Positions 48,218 to 55,298 of a DNA stretch of 64,000 bases are shown here, piece after piece. Location: positions 369 through 64,368 of the forward strand of contig JAFXXW010000030.1 of the NCBI GenBank assembly GCA_017542055.1, in the 5' to 3' direction. The translations under genes were made by a program, and so were the position numbers. Within the stretch, counting starts at the first letter, position 1; every line of letters starts with the position of its first letter. This DNA comes from Kiritimatiellia bacterium. GTDB lineage: Bacteria > Verrucomicrobiota > Kiritimatiellia > RFP12 > UBA1067. The notes beneath the pieces were generated by a model. That model saw only the letters and a list, made by a program, of their open reading frames with translations. It was not told the origin of the DNA and ran no database searches.

Positions 48218-49351
48218 TCAGCGATGCCGCAAGGCGTCGAGCGTTTCCGAGAGCTTCTCGCGCTTGCGTCTGGCCTCGTCGCCAAAGAGATCCTCCTCCG
48301 GCCGGTCCGTGAAGTTCCCCACCCCGAAACCCACCAACCGCAAAATCCGCGCCGCGTTGACCGGCCACTCGCGATCGAACAGTTTGAGCATGGCATGGCG
48401 AAACGCGATATCGTCTCGCGCGGGAGGATTGAGCGGCGCCTGCCGGGTGATGGTGTTGAAGGCGGAATCGCGCAACTTGATGCGCACGAGCCGCGCCCAA
48501 CGCGGTTCGCGACGCGTCCGCTCGCCCACCTCGGACACGAGTTCTAGCATCTTTTGGCGCGCCGTTTCCCGATCGGAACAGTCCTCGAGAAACGTCCACT
48601 CGCGCGACACCGTCAGTTCCGGCTCCGGCTCGTGCGCCACTTTGGTGCGGTCGATCCCGAACGCATGCGCTTGGATGCTCGTTCCGGCCGCCTCGCCCAG
48701 GATCCCTTTAAGGACGTTCAGGTCCGTGCGTTGCACGTCCCCGCACGTGACGATGCCGTATCGCGCCAGCTGCGTCCGGGTGGTCTTGCCCACGCCCCAC
48801 AACACCCCCACCGGCTTGGGCGCCAGGAATTCCCGGATCGCCTCCGGCTCGAACGACATGACGAAAAGTCCATCCGGCTTGCGCTCCTCGGACGCGATCT
48901 TGGCCAGGAGCCGGTTGGGCGCCACTCCGGCCGAACAGGTGAGATGGCACTCCTCGCGCACGGCCTTTCGGAGTTTTTCCGCCAACGCCTCCGCCCCGCC
49001 AAAGAGATGGGCGCTGCCGGAAACGTCGAGAAACGCCTCGTCCACCGACACCTGCTCCACGAAAGGCGTGAAGCGATCGAAAATGGCGAAAACTTCCCTA
49101 CTCGCCTGGGCGTACAGTTTCATGTGCGGCCGGACGAACACGCCGTGCGGACACTTCTCGTAGGCGGTGCGGCTGGGCATGGCGGAACGGACGCCGAATT
49201 TTCGCGCCTCGTAGTTGCAGGTGGCCACCACCCCGCGCTCGTGCGGACCCGCCCCCACGATTACGGGCTGGCCCTTGAGCTCGGGATGTTCGCGCTCCTC
49301 CACCGAAGCGAAGAACGCGTCCATGTCCACATGCAGGATTATTGTTCGCAT
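48218..49351 (-). CDS. dinB: DNA polymerase IV
   Basis: 377 aa with the Y-family motifs ILHVDMDAFFASVE, SVDEAFLDV and GVGKTT. Confidence 0.9.
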   Translation of the reverse strand: MRTIILHVDMDAFFASVEEREHPELKGQPVIVGAGPHERGVVATCNYEARKFGVRSAMPSRTAYEKCPHGVFVRPHMKLYAQASREVFAIFDRFTPFVEQVSVDEAFLDVSGSAHLFGGAEALAEKLRKAVREECHLTCSAGVAPNRLLAKIASEERKPDGLFVMSFEPEAIREFLAPKPVGVLWGVGKTTRTQLARYGIVTCGDVQRTDLNVLKGILGEAAGTSIQAHAFGIDRTKVAHEPEPELTVSREWTFLEDCSDRETARQKMLELVSEVGERTRREPRWARLVRIKLRDSAFNTITRQAPLNPPARDDIAFRHAMLKLFDREWPVNAARILRLVGFGVGNFTDRPEEDLFGDEARRKREKLSETLDALRHR

Positions 49352-49359
49352 TGCCGAAT

Positions 49360-49389
49360 ATTATATCATAAAACGCTTGACTATTGCAA
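49360..49389 (-). promoter_or_regulatory. Promoter of dinB (leaderless)
   Basis: TTGCAA-N18-TATAAT within GTTTTATGATATAATA. There are 8 nt to the ATG at 49351. Confidence 0.65.
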
Positions 49390-49406
49390 GCGAAATATGA
49401 TATAAT
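49377..49406 (+). promoter_or_regulatory. Promoter of ssrA
   Basis: TTGACT-N18-TATAAT within GCGAAATATGATATAATA on the plus strand. Its -35 box interdigitates with the -35 box of the divergent dinB promoter. Confidence 0.7.
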
Positions 49407-49429
49407 ATCTCCCGCAATCTTGCTTAACC

Positions 49430-49783
49430 GGGGGTGATCCGGTTTCGACGGGACAGACCGAAGTCAGGTTGCGCGCCGTGGATGCTCGTTGGCCACGTTA
49501 AAAAACGGGTACAAAAAGTAATTGCGAAAGCTGATTACGCTCTGGCCGCCTAAGTAATGGCCGCCATGTCGAAGCGCCGACGTCCGATGAGCGCCTAGAC
49601 ATCATCTATCGGGCCACGCTGCAGGGAGTTCCGCTTGCCCGCTGCAGGGTGCCGAACCAAGCGGATGGAGACGGATAAGCCCGCCCGCCGGCGTGCCGTC
49701 CCCGAGACAAACGGCCGGCTACGCGCGTAGATATTTGATGGACGATGCTCCGGACAGGGGTTCGACTCCCCTCACCTCCACCA
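49430..49783 (+). ncRNA. ssrA: Transfer-messenger RNA (tmRNA)
   Basis: The 5' end is GGGGGTGATCCGGTTTCGACGGG and the 3' end is GGACAGGGGTTCGACTCCCCTCACCTCCACCA. The acceptor stem carries a G3:U pair. The internal tag reading frame gcg aaa gct gat tac gct ctg gcc gcc taa (…AKADYALAA*) lies at 49523..49552. Confidence 0.9.
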
Positions 49784-49898
49784 TCCTCCCCTTGAACTCC
49801 CCAACTCCCAATTGGCAATTGGTACTGGACTTGGCAACACTTTCACATTTCCACATTCCCCAACTCTCCAAATCCAATCGGTAAATCGGTAAATGCCG

Positions 49899-49997
49899 GG
49901 GGGTGCCCACCCCCTCCCCCTGTCGCCCAATAGGGCGTCACCCCCTCGCCATACGGGGCGACACCCTAGGGGGTGCCAACCCCCCTCGCCCCTACCC
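49899..49997. repeat. GC-rich 99-bp dispersed repeat, copy B (same orientation as copy A)
   Basis: It has the same sequence as 36343..36441 except at positions 9, 24 and 80 of the unit. Confidence 0.85.
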
Positions 49998-50048
49998 TCC
50001 GCCAGCAATCGCAACCGGAAAGCTATCGCCAATCGCACTGGCACTATC

Positions 50049-50068
50049 GCGCTTATATATATAAGCGC
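50049..50068. repeat. Perfect palindrome GCGCTTATATATATAAGCGC downstream of repeat copy B
   Basis: Read directly from the sequence. It is the counterpart of the palindrome at 36486..36504. Confidence 0.8.
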
Positions 50069-50222
50069 TCGCGATTGTGCTAAAGGCGTCGCGACTATCG
50101 CCAAAATGCTCTCTCGCGATTAGGCGATTGAACATAAATATTATTAAGCCGTTGTTTTCAGCAAGTTATTGCACATACAATTTTCATCGTCGCGAGACCC
50201 CTCTCGCGATACCCCTCAAGCA

Positions 50223-50378
50223 TTATCGCGGCGATAGTACATCTCCGATTTGGTCGTCTTTCGCATGGCCAATCCATAGCTCCACCATGTCCGCTTCCGG
50301 CACGTCGATCTTGCTCCCCTGCGCCTGCGCGAATCCGTACACCTCGTGCACGAATTCCTTGCTCAACAATTCATCCAT
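50223..50378 (-). CDS. Orphan small acidic protein (51 aa), unknown function
   Basis: It is not in the ORF track because it is under 60 aa. Hand translation gives MDELLSKEFVHEVYGFAQAQGSKIDVPEADMVELWIGHAKDDQIGDVLSPR*. It is preceded by an AAAGGA SD and a consensus promoter (TTGACA-N18-TATAAT). Confidence 0.45.
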   Translation of the reverse strand: MDELLSKEFVHEVYGFAQAQGSKIDVPEADMVELWIGHAKDDQIGDVLSPR

Positions 50379-50402
50379 CTTTTAATCCTTTCTTGGCCGA
50401 GT

Positions 50403-50432
50403 ATTATATCATATCTGACCCCGCCTTGTCAA
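50403..50432 (-). promoter_or_regulatory. Promoter of the orphan 51-aa ORF
   Basis: TTGACA-N18-TATAAT within GTCAGATATGATATAATA. Confidence 0.65.
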
Positions 50433-50441
50433 GGCCCAAAA

Positions 50442-50479
50442 CTCCCGCAGGACTTTCCCCAATTCTCCCGCAGGACTTT
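50442..50479. promoter_or_regulatory. Two identical 15-bp direct repeats upstream of the orphan-ORF promoter
   Basis: CTCCCGCAGGACTTT occurs at 50442..50456 and 50465..50479 (AAAGTCCTGCGGGAG in RNA sense), with 23-bp spacing. They lie just upstream of the -35 box at 50427..50432. Confidence 0.6.
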
Positions 50480-50504
50480 TGCGCGCCAAAGTCTATATGG
50501 GCGT

Positions 50505-50567
50505 TTATACAATACTGGCGGGCCTTGCGAGCCCGCCAACAAGCACTAGTCCGGAAACAAGTTCCGG
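50505..50567 (-). terminator. Two tandem hairpins after the 118-aa gene (putative terminator)
   Basis: In RNA sense the first hairpin is CCGGAA-cuugu-UUCCGG. The second is GGCGGGC-ucgcaag-GCCCGCC followed by AGUAUUGUAUAAA. The U tract is weak. Confidence 0.4.
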
Positions 50568-50581
50568 TTTAGTCACTTTGG

Positions 50582-50938
50582 TCACTTGACCTGGACGTTC
50601 ATGATCCGGTAGTCGTCGCCCAACCAGCCCCAGAAACCGAGATTCACATCCCAGTCGTCAGCGGCCAAATCGCTAAGCCGGGCTTCCTTGGCCGTAAAAC
50701 TGACGTCCGTTTCGCCCCCGTTGAACACCAGCTTGGCCGAGCAAGCATACTCGGCACCGGGAATAGGATTCCACCAAGGCACCTCGACGGATTCCGCCCG
50801 CTGATAACCCTGATAGTTCTTCCTGCACTGCATGTCCAGCGCCCCTTCGACGCATTTCACGTGGGCGATATGCTTGCCGCCATAGGCGAGGGCCAGGGCA
50901 AACGGAGTAATCACTGCATAAGTTATTATCTTGTTCAT
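50582..50938 (-). CDS. Small secreted protein, unknown function
   Basis: 118 aa with a signal peptide (ITPFALALAYG), 4 Cys and a Trp-rich C-terminus (WDVNLGFWGWLGDDY). It lies 26 nt downstream of the 621-aa lipoprotein gene. Confidence 0.6.
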   Translation of the reverse strand: MNKIITYAVITPFALALAYGGKHIAHVKCVEGALDMQCRKNYQGYQRAESVEVPWWNPIPGAEYACSAKLVFNGGETDVSFTAKEARLSDLAADDWDVNLGFWGWLGDDYRIMNVQVK

Positions 50939-50964
50939 GTTAATTTATTTCCTTTCGGTTAAAA

Positions 50965-52830
50965 TCAATCATTCAGCGGCTGGATCAGCATCTCGCCTTT
51001 TTCGGGCCAAAATGTCACCTGGATCTTTTTGGCGCGCGTCTTGGAAATGTAGTATGCGTCCCCGCCGGTATACGCATTTGAGTAATCCCCCATCGCCTCG
51101 CTGATTTGCTGCACCAAACTGTCGTTCCGCTTGATTTCGGACACTTCCACCCGGAAATCCGCCAATCCGAACTTCTTCGGGAATTGGTACTCGACGTCCG
51201 CATCTTCGATGCCGGTATCCTCGTACACCCCCTTCAGGAACATGATGGCTTCGACAATCAGCGTCTCGCCTTTTTCATCCGCGCCGACACGATAGATCGA
51301 GCCGTGGGTCTTGCCCTTCTTCTGCAAGGCGCACATATTGATGCAAGGCATCCCCAGCCACGTGCCGCCGATGACAACCCTGGCTTTGTCTTTGCCTACT
51401 TCTTCGGCCTGTGCCAGCGTATCGGCGACCAGCTTGTCGAGCTCGGCTTCCGGCATTTCTTCCACGATCTTCTCGAACAGCTTTCGCGCGTATTTCTTCA
51501 AACTGCCGATGGATTTGTCCGGCCAGGTCAGATTCGCGGTTTTCGCCTCCTTCAGCAACCTGCTCATCGTAGCGGGATTCTTGACGAATTCAAGCGCGCC
51601 CAACATGTTGTTGTTGTAGCTACGATCGTCGAAACGAGTCCATTCGTCGACTACCGCGATCGCTTTTTCCGTCGCAAGTTTGCAAAGCTTCTCCAGCGCC
51701 TGGCCCCGCTCTTCGTTGCTCTTGCTTTTGTCCAGGCAGGCATCCAGCAAATCCGCACCGGCCACCTTGGAAGCCAACGCCTTTTTCTTGGCGGCATCCT
51801 TTATGGCCTTGTGGGCGGCAAAAGCCACCGCTCCCTCGCTCTTGTAGAACTTGTTGACTAGGTCCTCCAGCATCGTGTCGTCGGTGATGTACGAGGCGGC
51901 GCGAATACGATAAGGCTTGCGCTTCAGGGCTACCTCCTCGTCGAACGTGAAGCTCCTCACGAACCCGTAGAGCGCATCGTTGTTTTTGGTGTTGGCAATC
52001 GCCCAATTCGAAAGTTGCTCGTCGGGGACGATATCGGAGAGCAGCGGCTCCTTGTTTTCAGCGCCGCAGAAAATTCTTTTCGCCTCGCCGTTTTCGTCAT
52101 TGCCTTTCTCCGCCAACTTGCGCAGCGAAAGGTAAAGCAGCTTGCGCAGCTCGATCGGGGCATTTTCGTCCTTGATGACGCCCGTACGGTACCCGACGTT
52201 GAACCACGCCAACACCAACTTGGAAAGTGCCTTGCGCTCTTCGGCTTGGGCCGCGGAATACTCCGCATATATCGCCGCGAAATGGCTACGGCCAATTTGG
52301 TTGCAACCGATCACTTTGATCGCTTCCGCGGCAGCCTGACGCAACTGCATAGGGGCGCTTTTATCGACGACGGTATCGTTTAGCGCGTCCTCGCAACTGG
52401 GATGGTAACCGCTCATTCCGCGCATGGCTTTTACGGCTTTTATGCGCGCCTCCACCGGCAAATTGGCGTTCTTCAGGGCCAATGTCGCGAACGAATCGTC
52501 CTCGAGCATATTGGCATCCTCGCAGCCGAGCGTCATTATCCGCTCGACCGTTGCGGCGAAGACTTTTTCGGGATAGACCATATGATCGTTGTCTACATGG
52601 TAGGTTACTATCCACTTGAGTTTGGTCGCATCCGAAATCTTTTTGACCGCTGCCACGCGCGCATCGGTGCTCGCGCTATAATTGACGATAGAGGCAAGAT
52701 CTTCTTCATCGTCGATCTCCGCCACCGCTGCCACCGCCCCGGGGCCATTGCCCATCGCTTTTTGCACTTGGCAGCCTGCCATCATCGCGGCAAGCGCCAT
52801 TAAGCCTGCCAACATCACGAGTCTGTTCAT
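50965..52830 (-). CDS. Large lipoprotein with HEAT/PBS-lyase-like repeats, unknown function
   Basis: 621 aa with the lipobox MMAGC and repeated motifs such as ARVAAVKKI, ARIKAVKAM and LRQAAAEAIKVIG. I recognise no enzymatic motif. Confidence 0.65.
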   Translation of the reverse strand: MNRLVMLAGLMALAAMMAGCQVQKAMGNGPGAVAAVAEIDDEEDLASIVNYSASTDARVAAVKKISDATKLKWIVTYHVDNDHMVYPEKVFAATVERIMTLGCEDANMLEDDSFATLALKNANLPVEARIKAVKAMRGMSGYHPSCEDALNDTVVDKSAPMQLRQAAAEAIKVIGCNQIGRSHFAAIYAEYSAAQAEERKALSKLVLAWFNVGYRTGVIKDENAPIELRKLLYLSLRKLAEKGNDENGEAKRIFCGAENKEPLLSDIVPDEQLSNWAIANTKNNDALYGFVRSFTFDEEVALKRKPYRIRAASYITDDTMLEDLVNKFYKSEGAVAFAAHKAIKDAAKKKALASKVAGADLLDACLDKSKSNEERGQALEKLCKLATEKAIAVVDEWTRFDDRSYNNNMLGALEFVKNPATMSRLLKEAKTANLTWPDKSIGSLKKYARKLFEKIVEEMPEAELDKLVADTLAQAEEVGKDKARVVIGGTWLGMPCINMCALQKKGKTHGSIYRVGADEKGETLIVEAIMFLKGVYEDTGIEDADVEYQFPKKFGLADFRVEVSEIKRNDSLVQQISEAMGDYSNAYTGGDAYYISKTRAKKIQVTFWPEKGEMLIQPLND

Positions 52831-53048
52831 TTACCTCTCTCCTGTGCCCTTGTTGGTTGCACGGGAAAAGAAAGAGGGCGCAATCCCATCCCGTGTTCTG
52901 TTGAGGCCCTGAGAAAGCCCTGTCTGACCACGATAGAGAGATGCGCCCAAACGGGCGCGTCCTCCACTTTTCATGACTCAGACAGTGAAATTTCTCAGGT
53001 TTCAACAGAGTCAATCAAAGCGCGAACGCTAAGATCTTAAATTGTCTG
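52831..53048 (-). promoter_or_regulatory. Long structured 5' leader of the 621-aa lipoprotein mRNA (candidate cis-regulatory RNA)
   Basis: A roughly 111-nt rod is formed by 52991..53008 pairing with 52898..52916 and 52978..52985 pairing with 52920..52927. It is capped by the hairpin GCGCCC-GUUU-GGGCGC (52943..52958). A second hairpin, CACGGGA/UCCCGUG (52860..52895), carries a pyrimidine tract complementary to the SD AGGAGAGAGG (52834..52843). Confidence 0.5.
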
Positions 53049-53054
53049 CCACAT

Positions 53055-53083
53055 ATTATATCAAATTTCGGCTTGAAAGTCAA
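53055..53083 (-). promoter_or_regulatory. Promoter of the 621-aa lipoprotein operon
   Basis: TTGACT-N17-TATAAT within CCGAAATTTGATATAATA. It lies about 218 nt upstream of the ATG at 52830. Confidence 0.65.
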
Positions 53084-53172
53084 TGCCAAATTTCGACGCT
53101 TTTGCGGCCGCCAATCCAAGAACCTTGGGAGCTTCGTGATTCAGAGCAAACTCATCCTCACTTTATACTACC

Positions 53173-54600
53173 TTATTGCCGACCCGATCTTATGCGCTCG
53201 ATGAAAAATTTATCGCGCGCTTCTTCATCCATATTCTCGATATAAGGGCCGCTCGCTTCCTCGAGCGCCTTTTTCCATCTGTCTTGGCTGGAAAGCTGCC
53301 CCCGGAAACGCACTTCCGCATTGCTCTCGTCCGGAATCGCCATATTCTCCAGCACCTTGCGGTTTTCGTCCAGATTGGCAAAATTGAGTCGACTTCCGCG
53401 CTCTGCGATATAGCGGATATTGTTTTCCGGCGGAGGCAGCATGGTAAGATTGTCGAACTCGCAATTGTCGAGCCGCATGGTCACGTTGCCCGAGCCTATG
53501 ATTTCCGCCGTGAGCCTGCCCGGCCCTTTTACGCGGTAGTTGCCGTCGGGCAAGTTGATCGGGCGAAGAAAGCTATGGCTTCCCTTTGCCAATTCGATCA
53601 CCGTCTCCCGGATCTCGTTGGTCGTGTTGCGATACCGGAGTTCCGCCGGCAAGGCCATGACCGTGTTGCCAACCTGGTTCGTCTCCCAACGCTCGTAAAC
53701 GAGTTCGCGCGCCACCAGATTGGTCGTAGCGACATGGCACAGGTTCCGCCAATGCAATTTCTCCGGATCGCGCGATTTATGCCATCCGTATATGCCCAAA
53801 AAAGCCGCCCCCAAAGCCAAGCTCATCGCCGCAATCTGCCACAGACGTCTCGACCGGTTGCGCTGCGTGATGGCCAATATGAACTCCGTTACCGTTTGAT
53901 AACGCCGATCCGGAATCGAACTCGTCGCGCGACTGATGATTCGCGCCCATTCCGGGGGAGGATTTCCCTCGAAGCATCCGTTCGCCAGCACCCCTAGCGC
54001 ATGGATGTCGTTCGCCTCCGACACCTCGCCGCCGGAAAATTGCTCAGGGGCCGCATATTGGCGCGTTCCTTCGCCTTTGGCAACCTGCGTTCCGATTCGC
54101 TCCACCAGCCCGAAGTCGATCAATACCGGCTTTCCCTCGCGGAACATAATGTTCTTCGGTTTGATGTCGCGATGCGCCAATCCTCGCCGATGCAGCTCGG
54201 CAACCGCTTTCGACACCGCAATCATCAATTCCGCCACCTTGCCGTCTTCCTTGGGCAGTTGCGTCACCGGCTCCAGCCATTCCATCGTGTAGTACAAATG
54301 TCCGTGCACCTCGCCGAAAGAGTAGAAACGCGGAAAACACTCCTGGTTGATTCCGGACAGCAATTTCGCCTCTTGGCGGAAGTGCTCTTCCGCACCATCC
54401 TTCATCAGCACCTTGAGCGCCGCTTCGGTCCCCAGTTCCGCATGTACCGCCCGGTAGACTTCGCCGTTGCCGCCCTTCCCCGCAAATGCGGCGATGCGCC
54501 ACTCGCCGAATTCGTCGCCCGGCTTGAAAGCGGCCCCGCTCCCGACCGGCTCGTGCCCGGACAGAAAAGCTTCCAGCTCCTCAGGACTCGAAGCGCGCAT
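53173..54600 (-). CDS. Membrane Ser/Thr protein kinase with an extracytoplasmic C-terminal domain
   Basis: 475 aa with GKGGNGEVY, ALKV, HRDIKPKNIM, DFG and APE. A TM segment (LWQIAAMSLALGAAFLGIYGW) is followed by about 170 aa outside the membrane. Its start overlaps the ECF sigma gene by 20 nt. Confidence 0.85.
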   Translation of the reverse strand: MRASSPEELEAFLSGHEPVGSGAAFKPGDEFGEWRIAAFAGKGGNGEVYRAVHAELGTEAALKVLMKDGAEEHFRQEAKLLSGINQECFPRFYSFGEVHGHLYYTMEWLEPVTQLPKEDGKVAELMIAVSKAVAELHRRGLAHRDIKPKNIMFREGKPVLIDFGLVERIGTQVAKGEGTRQYAAPEQFSGGEVSEANDIHALGVLANGCFEGNPPPEWARIISRATSSIPDRRYQTVTEFILAITQRNRSRRLWQIAAMSLALGAAFLGIYGWHKSRDPEKLHWRNLCHVATTNLVARELVYERWETNQVGNTVMALPAELRYRNTTNEIRETVIELAKGSHSFLRPINLPDGNYRVKGPGRLTAEIIGSGNVTMRLDNCEFDNLTMLPPPENNIRYIAERGSRLNFANLDENRKVLENMAIPDESNAEVRFRGQLSSQDRWKKALEEASGPYIENMDEEARDKFFIERIRSGRQ

Positions 54601-55192
54601 CGTCCACCCTTTCCAAATCCGCCACCAGTTTTTGCAGCTTCGCCTTCATCCGGCTCTTCATCTGGTCGGCGGCGTTGCGCTTGATGCCGAGCGATTTGGC
54701 CACCGCCTCCACCTCCTCGCCGTTTATGGCGAGGCGTCTGAACACTTCCTTGGTTTGGCCCTGGATGGTCTCGTCGGACATGAGTTGCCGAAGCGCGATT
54801 TCGAACACCGACTCCTGCCACTGCCGGTGATGCCGCTCCGCGTTCGTCTCCCGCTCCGTTTGGCCGGCCGCGTATCGCGTCTTCCGTTCCTCCGCCTTGC
54901 CCCGCTTGGCCAGTTGCTTGAGCGCCTTGTTGCGCAGAATGCCGGTGAGATAGTTGTGGAACGACCCCTTCTCTTCCGGGCAATACCGGTATGCCGGCAA
55001 TATGCGAATCAGGGCGATCAGCGTTTCCTGGATGATGTCGTCCGCTTCCAGTTCCGGAAAACGACCTTGCATGTACGACTCCATCATCGGACGATACCGC
55101 GCCACGAACTCGCCCCAGCGCGCATGTTGCGAATCGCCTGCCAAGTCGCGCAAAAGCGTAGTCGACGTCTCCGGCACTTCCGCCATCTTCAT
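54581..55192 (-). CDS. ECF-type RNA polymerase sigma factor (Ser/Thr-kinase-associated type)
   Basis: 203 aa with sigma-70 region 2 (FVARYRPMMESYM...DDIIQETLIAL) and a region 4 HTH (EEVEAVAKSLGIKRNAADQMKSR). No anti-sigma gene is adjacent. A kinase gene overlaps its 3' end. Confidence 0.8.
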   Translation of the reverse strand: MKMAEVPETSTTLLRDLAGDSQHARWGEFVARYRPMMESYMQGRFPELEADDIIQETLIALIRILPAYRYCPEEKGSFHNYLTGILRNKALKQLAKRGKAEERKTRYAAGQTERETNAERHHRQWQESVFEIALRQLMSDETIQGQTKEVFRRLAINGEEVEAVAKSLGIKRNAADQMKSRMKAKLQKLVADLERVDDARFES

Positions 55193-55254
55193 GCCCCCTT
55201 TACTTCCCGATGCCCGCCCTGGTCAGGGCCGATGCGACGGATGAAAGTCATATC

Positions 55255-55298
55255 TATTTTAAAGAAAGCGCCTTGTCGCCGAGGGCAACAAAGCGCTT
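55255..55298 (-). terminator. Intrinsic terminator after the bS22-like gene
   Basis: In RNA sense it reads AAGCGCUUUGUUGCC-CUC-GGCGACAAGGCGCUU followed by UCUUUAAAA. The stem is 15 bp with one mismatch. Confidence 0.6.

Noticed and set aside
49800-49896. CRISPR or other spacer-repeat array suggested by the short tandem duplications.
   Set aside because: The repeats are only 6-8 bp, directly adjacent with no spacers, and occur only twice each. No cas genes are present in the window.
52898-53008. TPP (THI-box) riboswitch, suggested by the CUGAGA sequence in the lipoprotein leader.
   Set aside because: Here CUGAGA is fully base-paired with UCUCAG in a long rod. The other conserved THI-box elements (the GGGGUGC-type P2 and the ACCUGAUCUGGAUAAUGCCAGCG region) are absent, and the downstream gene is unrelated to thiamine.
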